A DNA stretch of 64,000 nt, from NCBI GenBank assembly GCA_963810925.1, contig CAWEPF010000007.1:13250-77249 (forward strand), in the 5' to 3' direction. This document shows positions 16,590 through 26,109 of the stretch, piece after piece (position 1 is the stretch's first letter; every line of letters begins with the position of its first letter). The position numbers were made by a program, and so were the translations under genes. Source of the stretch: an uncultured Chloroflexia bacterium. GTDB taxonomy: Bacteria; Chloroflexota; Limnocylindria; QHBO01. The notes under the pieces are model-generated. The model was not told where the DNA came from. It saw only the letters and a list, made by a program, of their open reading frames with translations, and searched no databases.

Positions 16590-17861
16590 TGCTCGCCCCA
16601 CGCGCGGTCGTGGCGCACCACCCGGCCGGCCACGGCCGACTCGACGCACTCGGCCATGGAACCGAACAGCACCGTGGCCCCGATGTTGCCGGCCGCGTAG
16701 TAGGCCCACTTCCCGGAGTCGGTCATCACCCGTCCGTGCGGACCGCGCAGGATGGGACTGATGTACGAGCAGGTGTCGACCAGGAGGTCGGCTCCGCCGT
16801 CCCGCAGGCGCTCCGCCGTCCCGTCGGCCTCCGCCGCGGCAAGCGTGTCCCGACCGGTGGAGATCAGGAACTCCACGCCAGGGGCGACGCGGCGCCCGTT
16901 CAGCAGGATCGCGGCCCGTGCCAGCTCGGACGCCGATGCATGGGGCGTCCCCAGGCTGACCCCGCTGATCGGTCCGTCCTCGCCGTCCGAAAGCTCACCG
17001 TGGACGGCCTGGAGCTCGGCAACGGTCACCGTGAAGACCGTCTCGGGTTCGCTGGCCCTGTAGCGCAATCTCGATGGTGGCCGCCTCCGGAGTCGATCCG
17101 GCGACGTGGAGCAGGGCCACCGAGCCGGAGGATGCGGCCGCGGCACCGAGCGCCTTGAGGCGGTCCTCCGAGACGCCCGGCGGCAGGCCCTCGATCACGG
17201 CGACCGTGCCGCCCACCAGCCGCCCGACGACAATGCCGAGCACCGGGTAGAACGCGTCGTCGTCCATCAGGACCGGTGGGACGTCCGGGGCAAGACGGAC
17301 CACGACCCGGGCGGCGCGGTTCTCGGTCCGGTGGAGGCCCGCGTCGGGCACCCGTCCGACGACCGCGCAGGCGATGTCCAGGAAGTCGCCATATCGGTTC
17401 GTGCGCGCGCCCAGCACCGAGTTCGCGAAGACGATCGCGTTCGACTCGCCCCACGCGACCTGCTCGCCCAGTCCGGGTCGGGCGCCGGCCAGCTGGTACG
17501 GGGCGCAGGTGAAGGTCGGCCGGCAGCCCAACGCGCGGTACTGCTCCATCAGTCGACGTCCCCGCTCGGCCAGCAGCGGGTCGCCACGCCACAGCTCGGG
17601 ATGGAGCAGGTCAATCGTTCCCACGTTGAGGGTCGCCGGCACCCGGACGGTGGCACCGCCGTCCACCAGCCGATCCACGAAGTCGAGCGTCGCCTGGCCG
17701 TGGTACAGGCACGAGTCGACGTGCGCGCCCGCGATCGGGATCAGCGAGTCCGCATCGAGGACCTCTGCGGCGCGGACCACGAGCCGCATGGCGAATGCCG
17801 TTCCCGGGCCGTCGTCACCCGCCAGCATCCGCCGCTCGTCGGGTGCCAGGTCGAGGCTCAG
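16586..17861 (-). CDS. Aconitase X catalytic subunit (DUF521); extra base near 17055; probable CTG start
   Basis: HVDSCLY, TFTCAPY, AWGESNA, NSVLGARTNR, GTPH, DTC, TDSGKWAYY across two frames. Confidence 0.88.
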
Positions 17862-18310
17862 CCGCGGGCCTCCTCGGCCTCGATGGTCGCGATCTTTGCC
17901 ACGCGCCGGATGTGCCGCCCGCCCTCGAACTCGGCGGAGAGGAACTCGCGGACGCAGGCCTCCGCCTGCTCCAGGGTGGTCACCCGGGCGCCGATCGCCA
18001 TCACGTTGGCGTCGTTGTGCTCCCGACCCAGCCGCGCGACGACCGGGTTGTTGGCCTGGACGCAGCGAATGCCCCGGATCTTGTTGGCGACGATCGCCTC
18101 CCCGGTCCCACTGCCGCCGAGCACGATCCCGAAGTCGAATTCCCCACGCGCGACGGCGCGCGCGACCGGCGCGATGAAGTCCGGATAGTCAACCGGCTCC
18201 TCGGAGTTGGTCCCGAAGTCTCGGAACTCCACGCCCAGCGTGTCGAGCAACGCGCAGAGCTGGCCCTTCAGGACGAATCCGGCGTGATCGGAGCCGATGG
18301 CGACCCGCAT
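17858..18310 (-). CDS. rpiB: Ribose-5-phosphate isomerase B
   Basis: GSDHAG, VDYPD, GSGTG, REHNDAN, FEGGRH. Confidence 0.96.
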   Translation of the reverse strand: MRVAIGSDHAGFVLKGQLCALLDTLGVEFRDFGTNSEEPVDYPDFIAPVARAVARGEFDFGIVLGGSGTGEAIVANKIRGIRCVQANNPVVARLGREHNDANVMAIGARVTTLEQAEACVREFLSAEFEGGRHIRRVAKIATIEAEEARG

Positions 18311-18357
18311 GGGCCGAGTGTACGCGCCGGAATCGGGTCAGCCGGTCGCCTGCGGGC

Positions 18358-18960
18358 TCACGGCTCGAGGTCGATGACCTCGGCGATCTCGAGTGGACCG
18401 ATGGGCCCGGCGCGGAGCAGCCGGGCGGGTGTGACGGTCAGGTCAACCACGGTCGATGGTTGCCCGCCCGGTGAAGCACCGCCGTCCACGACGGCGGCCA
18501 GCTCGTCCTGCTGGGTGGCGAACGCGATCAGGACCTCGTCGGCACCCAGGGTGTCGGGTTCGTCAGACCGGTTGGCGCTCGTGGTGAACAGTGGACCGGA
18601 CGCGCGGATCAGCTCCAGGGCGATGGCGTGGTCCGGTGCGCGGAAGGCCTGCGACCCCGTTGGGCCGGGGAGGACCAGGGTCAGGGCCCCGGGCCAGAAA
18701 CGCCCCGCCAGGGCCGTCGCCCGGTCGTCGGCTTCCCAGCCGCCATCCGTGGCCTGCGACAGGTCCGAAACGAGCATCGGGATGCGCCGGTCCGGGGGCC
18801 GGTCCTTCAGGACGAACAGCGCTTCCACTCGATCCGGGTCGCCGGAGGCCACCCCAACCCCGTACACCGTGTCCGTCGGGAAGGCCACGATGGCACCGTC
18901 ACGCAGAAGGGCGGCGGCGGCGGCGATGCCTTCGGGCGTCGGTTGCAGGACGTCGGTCAC
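18358..18960 (-). CDS. tsaC: L-threonylcarbamoyladenylate synthase (short YrdC-type)
   Basis: FPTDTVYG, KDR, FWPGALT, TSANRS, STVVD. Confidence 0.92.
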   Translation of the reverse strand: MTDVLQPTPEGIAAAAALLRDGAIVAFPTDTVYGVGVASGDPDRVEALFVLKDRPPDRRIPMLVSDLSQATDGGWEADDRATALAGRFWPGALTLVLPGPTGSQAFRAPDHAIALELIRASGPLFTTSANRSDEPDTLGADEVLIAFATQQDELAAVVDGGASPGGQPSTVVDLTVTPARLLRAGPIGPLEIAEVIDLEP

Positions 18961-19871
18961 GATTCACGACCGATCACGACGATGCGCTCGATGCCGGCCA
19001 GGTCGGCGGAGACGGTGTGCGACCAGCGCCCCGGGAGATCGTCAACGGCAGTCCGGATTTCCGCGGCTTGCCCAGCACCCACCTCGAGCAGAGCCACGCC
19101 GCCAGCGGCCAGGTGATCGGGCAGCCGAGCCACGAGGCGCCGCACGACGTCGAGTCCGTCCGGCCCGCCGTCCAGGGCGGTGCGGGGTTCCCAGGCAAGG
19201 CTCCCCATCCCGGCGTCCACCTCACGGGCCGGCACGTACGGCAGGTTGGCCACGACGACGTCCGGATGAGCCGGGTCCTCGCCCACGGGCTGCAGCAGGT
19301 CCGACACCTGGAGGACGACGAGACGATCGACACCATGCGCAGCCAGGTTCTCCGCGGCCAGCTCCACCGCGTCCTGTGAAACGTCGCTGGCCACGAGCCG
19401 GACGCGGCCGAGCGCCAGGGCGGCACGGAACCGACGGGCAAGGGCGACGGCCACGGCGCCGCTCCCCGTTCCCACGTCCCACACCATGATCGGCCGGTCG
19501 TCGGCGGTGAGTCGCCGGGCAATCTCGGTCACCGCCAGGTCCACCAGGAGCTCGGTTTCGGGCCGCGGGATGAGCGCCCGCTGGTCGGTGGCCAGGCGCA
19601 TGCCGTACCACTCCTTGAATCCCCGCAGGTAGGCCACCGGCTCCCCGGCCGCGCGCCGGTGGACCAGCGCCGACAGGCGCGTTTCGGCAGCTGCCGGCAT
19701 CGGTGCCTCCTGGTGTGCCAGCAGCCACGCGCGGTCGCGATCGAGCGCGAAGCCCACCAGCAGCTCGGCATCCAGGCGCGGCGTGGGCGACCCGGCATCC
19801 CGCAACTTGACGACCGCCGCGTCCACGGCGGCGCCCGCCGTCACGGTCGGCGCCGGCGCCTCAGCCGTCAC
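18957..19871 (-). CDS. prmC: Release factor glutamine methyltransferase
   Basis: [33 protein letters not shown]. Confidence 0.95.
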   Translation of the reverse strand: MTAEAPAPTVTAGAAVDAAVVKLRDAGSPTPRLDAELLVGFALDRDRAWLLAHQEAPMPAAAETRLSALVHRRAAGEPVAYLRGFKEWYGMRLATDQRALIPRPETELLVDLAVTEIARRLTADDRPIMVWDVGTGSGAVAVALARRFRAALALGRVRLVASDVSQDAVELAAENLAAHGVDRLVVLQVSDLLQPVGEDPAHPDVVVANLPYVPAREVDAGMGSLAWEPRTALDGGPDGLDVVRRLVARLPDHLAAGGVALLEVGAGQAAEIRTAVDDLPGRWSHTVSADLAGIERIVVIGRES

Positions 19872-20940
19872 CGTCTACCCCGGCCGCGGCCAGTCGCGCG
19901 GCCTGATCGGCCTCCACCAGCGGTTCGATCAATCGGTCGAGGTCTCCGTCCAGCAGGCCGGGAAGGTTGTGCACGGTCAGCCCGATCCGGTGATCGGTCA
20001 CCCGGTCATCGGGAAAGTTGTAGGTCCGAATCTTCTCCGACCGTTCCCCGGTCCCCACCTGCGCCCGACGGGCATCGCCGCGCTCCTCGGCCTGGCGGGC
20101 GCGCTCCGCCTCGAGCAGCCGAGACCGGAGCACTGACAGCGCCTTGGCGCGGTTCTTGTGCTGGCTCTTCTCGTCCTGGATGGCGACCACCAGGCCCGTG
20201 GGGATGTGCGTGATGCGGACCGCGCTGTCGGTCGTGTTGACCGACTGTCCGCCCGGACCGCTGGACCGATAGGTCTCGATCCGCAGGTCCCCTTCGTCGA
20301 TCTCGACCTCGACCTCCTCGGCCTTGGGCAGGACGGCCACGGTGGCCGTGGAAGTGTGGATCCGTCCGCTTGACTCCGTCACCGGCACGCGCTGGACGCG
20401 ATGGACCCCGCTCTCGAACTTCAGGCGCGCGTAGGCGCCGTCCCCGGCCACCTCGGCGATGACCTCCTTGAATCCGCCCGAGGAATTCTCGCTGGTGGAC
20501 AGGAGCTCGACCCGCCACCGGCGGCGTTCCGCATATCGCCCGTACATCCGGAAGAGGTCGGTCGCGAACAGCGACGCCTCGTCGCCGCCTGTCCCCGCGC
20601 GAATCTCGAGGATCACGTCGCGCTCGTCGTTCGGGTCGCGCGGGACGAGCAGCCGCCGCAGCTCCGCCTCCAGCGCGGCGAGCCGCTCCTCCTGGACGGT
20701 CATCTCGTCGCGGGCCATGGCCCGCACCTCGGCATCCGGGTCGTCCAGCATGCCGCGCGTCGCCGCCAGCGCCTCCTGCGCCTGGTCCCGCGCGGCCAGC
20801 AGGTCAACGATGGGCGCGAGCCGCGCCAGCTCACGCCCGGTCCTCGCGAGGAGCGCGGGGTCGGTGGCCGTTTCGGGCTGGGTCAGCAGCTCGCTCAGCT
20901 CGCGGTGGCGCGCGGTGAGCTCCGCCAGGCGATCGGTCAT
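19861..20940 (-). CDS. prfA: Peptide chain release factor 1
   Basis: [21 protein letters not shown] (PxT), GGQ; ATG at 20940. Confidence 0.98.
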   Translation of the reverse strand: MTDRLAELTARHRELSELLTQPETATDPALLARTGRELARLAPIVDLLAARDQAQEALAATRGMLDDPDAEVRAMARDEMTVQEERLAALEAELRRLLVPRDPNDERDVILEIRAGTGGDEASLFATDLFRMYGRYAERRRWRVELLSTSENSSGGFKEVIAEVAGDGAYARLKFESGVHRVQRVPVTESSGRIHTSTATVAVLPKAEEVEVEIDEGDLRIETYRSSGPGGQSVNTTDSAVRITHIPTGLVVAIQDEKSQHKNRAKALSVLRSRLLEAERARQAEERGDARRAQVGTGERSEKIRTYNFPDDRVTDHRIGLTVHNLPGLLDGDLDRLIEPLVEADQAARLAAAGVDGDG

Positions 20941-21845
20941 CAGGCCGCTCCGGCTGGCTGGGTGCCTCCGCCGTCGGCGTCTTCGGCCAGCACCCGCTCC
21001 AGGGCGGAAATGCTGACCTCGAGCATGTCGTGATCCGGGGGCCTGGTGGTCAGGGACTGGAGCCACAGGCCCGGGGCGTAGATGGCCCGGATCAGCCGGT
21101 TCCCGTAGTGGCGGGCACCGAACCGAACCAGCTCGTAGGCGACCGAGGCCACGACCGGGATCAGCGCGATGCGCGACAGCATGAGCACCGGGAGCGGCAC
21201 TCCGCTGCGGGGAATGAACGAGAAGAACACGATGCTCAGCACGACCACGATGAGCACGAATGTCGTCCCGCATCGCGTGTGGGCGGTGCTGAACCGATCG
21301 ACCGATTCGGGCTCGAGGACGGCATCGGCCTCGTGTGCGCTGATGGCCTTGTGCTCGGCGCCGTGGTACCCGAAGACGCGTCGCACGTCGGACATGAGAC
21401 CGATGAGGGCCAGGTACACGACGAAGATGGCCAGCCGGAAAAGGCCCTCCAGAAGGTTGGCGACGAGGTCGCTGCCGGCGGCCTCCTCGGCCAGGCTGGA
21501 CAGGACGAGGGGAAGGACGAAGAACAGCGCCACGGCAAAGCCCAGCGAAGCAATCAACGAGATGGCCAGGGTCCCGCGACCGATCTGGATGTCCTCGCCC
21601 TCTGCGGCAAGGGCCGCCGAACGCATGAGCATCCGCGTTCCGAGGACGAGCGTCTCGTACAGGACAAGGACGCCCCGCACGAACGGGACCTTGAGCCACC
21701 GCCCGCCGCTCAACGCGCGGGGCAGCTGCTCGGAGGTCGTGTGGATCTCGCCATCGGCCATCCGGACGCTCATGGCCGCCGTCGAGCGGCCGCGCATCAT
21801 GACGCCCTCGATGAGGGCCTGCCCGCCGTAGAAGAAGTCGGGCAT
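20940..21845 (-). CDS. DUF1385 domain membrane protein (putative metal-dependent enzyme)
   Basis: [31 protein letters not shown]. Confidence 0.9.
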   Translation of the reverse strand: MPDFFYGGQALIEGVMMRGRSTAAMSVRMADGEIHTTSEQLPRALSGGRWLKVPFVRGVLVLYETLVLGTRMLMRSAALAAEGEDIQIGRGTLAISLIASLGFAVALFFVLPLVLSSLAEEAAGSDLVANLLEGLFRLAIFVVYLALIGLMSDVRRVFGYHGAEHKAISAHEADAVLEPESVDRFSTAHTRCGTTFVLIVVVLSIVFFSFIPRSGVPLPVLMLSRIALIPVVASVAYELVRFGARHYGNRLIRAIYAPGLWLQSLTTRPPDHDMLEVSISALERVLAEDADGGGTQPAGAA

Positions 21846-21973
21846 GCGGTACCGCCGCGTGCCGGCGACCGACTGAATGACGAACGGCCCGGCAGCGATC
21901 AGCTGCTCCGGAATGAGGAAGACCAGATGCGGGATGAGCCGCGCGAAGCGGCCCGCGGGCTTACGAGCCGCGG

Positions 21974-22180
21974 TCAGCGGCCGGCGCGCTCCATCCGCCG
22001 CTGGAACCGCTCCACCTGGCCCGCGGTGTCCACGATGTTCTGGGTGCCGGTGTAGAAGGGGTGGCAATTCGAGCACACCTCGACTCGGATCGACTCGGCG
22101 GTCGAACCCACGGTGAAGGTGGTCCCGCAAGCGCAGTGCACCTCGGCCTGATGGTACTGCGGATGAATCGCTGGCTTCAT
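21974..22180 (-). CDS. rpmE: 50S ribosomal protein L31 (zinc-binding type)
   Basis: MKPAIHP, CACG, CSNCHPFYTG. Confidence 0.97.
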   Translation of the reverse strand: MKPAIHPQYHQAEVHCACGTTFTVGSTAESIRVEVCSNCHPFYTGTQNIVDTAGQVERFQRRMERAGR

Positions 22181-22183
22181 CGG

Positions 22184-22441
22184 TCAGGCCTCGGCCACCA
22201 CCGAGACGCGCTTGCGATCACGCGTCTCGTGGGTGAAGCGCACGCGGCCATCGGCCGTGGCGAACAGCGTGTAGTCGCGACCCATCCCCACGTTGGGGCC
22301 TGGGTGGAACGTGCTCCCCCGCTGGCGAACGATGATCGTTCCGGCCAGGACGGTCTGCCCGTCGCCGCGCTTGACGCCCAGCCGCTTGCCGGCGCTGTCG
22401 CGCCCGTTCTTCGAGGACGAGCCTGCTTTCTTGTGTGCCAT
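22184..22441 (-). CDS. rpmA: 50S ribosomal protein L27
   Basis: [23 protein letters not shown]. Confidence 0.98.
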   Translation of the reverse strand: MAHKKAGSSSKNGRDSAGKRLGVKRGDGQTVLAGTIIVRQRGSTFHPGPNVGMGRDYTLFATADGRVRFTHETRDRKRVSVVAEA

Positions 22442-22444
22442 GGG

Positions 22445-22960
22445 TTACTCCTCGTCCTTCGCGGGACTGGTCTTCCGGGTTCGCGGCGCCTTGGCGGCCG
22501 TTGCCGGTGCCGCGGCCTTCCGCGGCTTGCGTGGGGTTGGGGCAGCCTTCTCGGCCACCGCTGTTTCTGCGACCGCGTCCTTCTCGGCCTTCTCGGCCTT
22601 GGGAGCGGCGGGCTCGGCAGCCTTGGCGGCGCGCTTGGGCTTCTCCGCCCCGGTGGCGATCTCGTCGATCCGGATGCGGGTCAGCGACGCGCGCTGGCCG
22701 TTCTTGCGGCGGTAGTGATCCTTGGGCCGGAAGTGAAACACGATGATCTTCGGCCCACGCCCGTGCTCGAGGATCGTTCCACGGACCGACGCGCCGCTCA
22801 CGGTGGGCGTACCGACCGTGACGCCGTCGTCGTCCCCCACCAGGAGGACACGGTCGAACGTCACCGTGGCTCCCGCCGCGGCGTTCAGGCGGTCAACGAC
22901 GAGCGTGGTGCCCGCCTCGACCCGATATTGCTTTCCGCCGCTGTCGACCACGGCGTACAT
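22445..22960 (-). CDS. rplU: 50S ribosomal protein L21 with Ala/Lys/Pro-rich C-terminal tail
   Basis: MYAVVDSGGKQYRV, VGTP, core of about 102 aa plus low-complexity tail. Confidence 0.96.
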   Translation of the reverse strand: MYAVVDSGGKQYRVEAGTTLVVDRLNAAAGATVTFDRVLLVGDDDGVTVGTPTVSGASVRGTILEHGRGPKIIVFHFRPKDHYRRKNGQRASLTRIRIDEIATGAEKPKRAAKAAEPAAPKAEKAEKDAVAETAVAEKAAPTPRKPRKAAAPATAAKAPRTRKTSPAKDEE

Positions 22961-23026
22961 GCGCGTTCTCCATGGAATTTGAGGCACGGTCGGACACCGA
23001 TGAGGCGCCGTCGCGGAGTTGGGAGT

Positions 23027-23737
23027 CTATCGGGCGACCGGGGGAGTGTCAACGAAGAGGAGGCGGTGGCGGATCGTCCGGGTGGGCCGCAGGTCCAGTC
23101 CCAGGGCATCGATCACGTCACGCGGTCGACCGGCACCGCTGGGGTCCAGGCGGAGCTGCATCCGCAAGCGGGCCATCCGTTTCGCGGTGTCGGTCTCCAG
23201 CAGCTCCAGGTCCTCCACGTAGGGACGCAGGTCGCGCTCGGCCGCGTCGGACTTCCGCTCGGACTCGCCCCGGCGCCGCAGCCCGGGGAGCGACGGGGCG
23301 GCGAGCAGCTCCACCACCGCCGCCCGCAGGTCGTCTTCGGTCACGCCGTCCTGGATCGTGACCACGACTTCGTATTCTCCGCCGCGCACCTGCGAGGCGG
23401 CCGAGGGAAACCCGTGCCACACCTCGCGCGCGTCGACGATGGCCAGCCCGTCGGCGAGCGTGGAGCCGGCGGCCATCACCTGTTCGAGCGAGACCAGGTC
23501 GTCGAACCAGACCTCCACGATGTCACCGCGCAGCTCCATGCCGGGCGGCGCGGTCGCCGCCAGCCGCAACCGGGGTCGCGGGCGCGCGGCTGCCGTCTGC
23601 GAAACGGGCAGCTCGGCCGCCGACAGGACGCGGTCGAACTCGGCCAGGATGTCCTGCTGGCCCAGGTGCATGGCCGGATCGGTCCGGGAGTACAGGATCT
23701 GCCATCGCTGGCGGGGCTGGGCGGGTTGACTGCTCAT
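23027..23737 (-). CDS. TIGR03936/DUF2344 radical-SAM-linked protein
   Basis: HL..QD, RA.LPV-like, PRPRL, GME, RDLRP pattern; typical position upstream of rplU. Confidence 0.75.
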   Translation of the reverse strand: MSSQPAQPRQRWQILYSRTDPAMHLGQQDILAEFDRVLSAAELPVSQTAAARPRPRLRLAATAPPGMELRGDIVEVWFDDLVSLEQVMAAGSTLADGLAIVDAREVWHGFPSAASQVRGGEYEVVVTIQDGVTEDDLRAAVVELLAAPSLPGLRRRGESERKSDAAERDLRPYVEDLELLETDTAKRMARLRMQLRLDPSGAGRPRDVIDALGLDLRPTRTIRHRLLFVDTPPVAR

Positions 23738-23797
23738 CTTCCCGCGATGGTACCGCCGCCGGAACCGCCCGGACACCCTCGGCTAGGATGGCGGGCC

Positions 23798-24976
23798 ATG
23801 GAGTTCATCTCCCGCCATCGGCTGGGGCTGTTCGTCTCCTTCACGATCGCCATCGTGGCGCTCGTGCTGTGGGAGGCGCGCGGGGCGCTCCCCGTCTTCG
23901 GCATCGCCATCGCCCTGGCCTTCCTGCTCGACCCGCCGGTCACCGCCCTGAACCGCCGGTTCGGCGTGCCTCGGATCGCGGGAATCCTGCTCGTCTACGT
24001 CGTCGTCGTGGTCGGGGCCATCGGCCTGGGATTCCTGCTCATCCCCCCGCTGTTCGACCAGATCCGTCGCTTCCTCGAGGACCTGCCCAACCTGGCGTCC
24101 CAGTTCATCGCGTGGGAGCAGGCGATCGTCGACTGGCTGACGGGACTCCCCCTCCCGGAGCCGATTCGCGAGGCCCTGGACACGGTCATCAAGAGCGGAC
24201 AGCAAGCCGTCATCGGCCTCCTGGAGACGATCGTCGGGCCGCTGCTCAGCGTCGTCGCCCGGACGGCCAGTTTCGTGGTCGGTCTGGTCGTTGTTCCGGT
24301 GTGGCTCGCTTACGTCCTGAAGGATCGCGAGCGCCTGCCCAACGGCGTGTTGGGACTGCTGCCGGTGAACTGGCGCCCGGACGGGAAGAACACGATGGAC
24401 ATTACCGCTGGCGTCATCGGGCGCTGGATCCGCGGCCAGCTCCTGCTGGGAGCGGTCATCTTCGCGGCAACCCTGATCGGCCTGCTCGTCCTGTCGGTGA
24501 TCGGCTTCTCGGAGTTCGCGGACTTCGCCATCCTGCTCGCCCTGATCGCCGGCATCCTCGAGCTGGTCCCCATCATCGGTCCCATCATCTCGGCCATCCC
24601 GGCGGTGCTGATCGGCGCCTCCATCTCGCCGGCAGCGGCCGTCGCCGCCATCGCCCTGTACACCGTCATCCAGCAGCTGGAGAACCACCTGATCGTGCCC
24701 AAGGTGATGGGCGACGCGGTGAACCTCCACCCGGCGGTGGTCATCTTCGCGTTGATCGTGGGCGCGTCGCTGTTCGGACTTTGGGGCGCGATTCTGGCCG
24801 CGCCGGTCGTCTCGCTCCTGCGGGACATGTACCGGTACCTGTTCCGTCGCCTCGAAGGCGGGACACCGGAAGAGGCACTTGCCGTGGCCGGCGGCGCACG
24901 GCCCCCGGCGGCCGCCTCAGCACCCCCACCATCACCGCCCGGCCAGGGGCCGCCTCCGCAGGTGGAAGCGCTCTAG
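23798..24976 (+). CDS. AI-2E family (PerM) transporter
   Basis: LAFLLDP, WIRGQL, ELVPIIGP, QQLENHLIVPKVMG, LHP. Confidence 0.93.
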   Translation: MEFISRHRLGLFVSFTIAIVALVLWEARGALPVFGIAIALAFLLDPPVTALNRRFGVPRIAGILLVYVVVVVGAIGLGFLLIPPLFDQIRRFLEDLPNLASQFIAWEQAIVDWLTGLPLPEPIREALDTVIKSGQQAVIGLLETIVGPLLSVVARTASFVVGLVVVPVWLAYVLKDRERLPNGVLGLLPVNWRPDGKNTMDITAGVIGRWIRGQLLLGAVIFAATLIGLLVLSVIGFSEFADFAILLALIAGILELVPIIGPIISAIPAVLIGASISPAAAVAAIALYTVIQQLENHLIVPKVMGDAVNLHPAVVIFALIVGASLFGLWGAILAAPVVSLLRDMYRYLFRRLEGGTPEEALAVAGGARPPAAASAPPPSPPGQGPPPQVEAL

Positions 24977-26106
24977 AACGTCTCGGTCCGGGTGTGCATC
25001 CGGACCGACTGCAGGATCCCCATCCCGAACAGGATCGACACCGTCGACGACCCGCCGTACGTGATGAGCGGGAGCGGGATGCCGGTCACCGGCAGCAGAC
25101 CGATGACCATCCCGATGTTCACGACAACCTGGAACAGAATCATCGTCGCCAGGCCCATGGCCACCAGACGGCCCAGCCCATCCCGCGCCTGCCAACCGAT
25201 GAGCACGATCCGCCACAGGAGCAGGCTGAACAGGGCGAGGAGGATGAGCCCGCCGGCGAGACCCAGCTCCTCGGCCACGATCGTGAACACGAAGTCGGTG
25301 GTCTGGACCGGCAGGAAGCCCAGCTGGTTGGCGTGGCCCGCGGTCAGCCCCTGACCCAGCCAGCCGCCCGAGCCAACGGCATTCATGGACTGGATCAGCT
25401 GGTAGCACGCGCCCTGCGGATCGGCCCCGGGATCGAGGAAGCACAGCAGCCGCGCCCGCTGGTACTCGGCCAGGGCATTCAGTGCGACCGGGGTAAGTGC
25501 CACCGCCACGCCGAGGAGGAGCGCCATCCAGCCGATGCTCGCCCCACTGATGAACAGCATCCCGCCCAGGATGGCCACGAACACCAGCGCGGTGCCCAGG
25601 TCCGGCTGGCGCAGGACGAGCGCGGTCGGCAGCGCAATCAGCAGGCCGGCGCCCACGATCGTTGACAGCTTCCCCACCCGCTCGCCGCGACTCGAGAGGA
25701 ACGCCGCCAGGACGACGACCATGAGGACCTTGCTGATCTCTGAGAACTGGAAGTCCAGGCCACCGATGCTGACCGACAGGTGCGCCCCCGACACCTCGGT
25801 CCCGATGAGCAGGTTCAACACCAGCAGGCCGAGAGTGACCAGGTAGATCGGAACCGCGAAGGTCCGCAACCAGTGGTAGTCGACCGACGCCGCGACGAGC
25901 ATCAGCGTGAACCCGATCCCGGTCCAGACCAGCGTCTTGACCGGTTCCGGAACGGTGCCCGGGGACGCGGGGTCATTCCACGCGGCCGAGATGCCCAGCA
26001 CCACGCCGAAGCCCAGCAGCAGGGCCAGGTACAGGGTCAGCTGCCAGTCGAAGTCGCGCCAGCGTGCCTGCCGGGCTACTGCAATGGTCGAAACGGCCAC
26101 GCCCAT
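24973..26106 (-). CDS. rodA: SEDS peptidoglycan glycosyltransferase RodA
   Basis: QFSEISK, QPDLGTA, YQ..QS..AVGSGG, TDFVF, PVTGIPLPLITYGGSS; follows a class B PBP. Confidence 0.93.
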   Translation of the reverse strand: MGVAVSTIAVARQARWRDFDWQLTLYLALLLGFGVVLGISAAWNDPASPGTVPEPVKTLVWTGIGFTLMLVAASVDYHWLRTFAVPIYLVTLGLLVLNLLIGTEVSGAHLSVSIGGLDFQFSEISKVLMVVVLAAFLSSRGERVGKLSTIVGAGLLIALPTALVLRQPDLGTALVFVAILGGMLFISGASIGWMALLLGVAVALTPVALNALAEYQRARLLCFLDPGADPQGACYQLIQSMNAVGSGGWLGQGLTAGHANQLGFLPVQTTDFVFTIVAEELGLAGGLILLALFSLLLWRIVLIGWQARDGLGRLVAMGLATMILFQVVVNIGMVIGLLPVTGIPLPLITYGGSSTVSILFGMGILQSVRMHTRTETF

Positions 26107-26109
26107 GCT

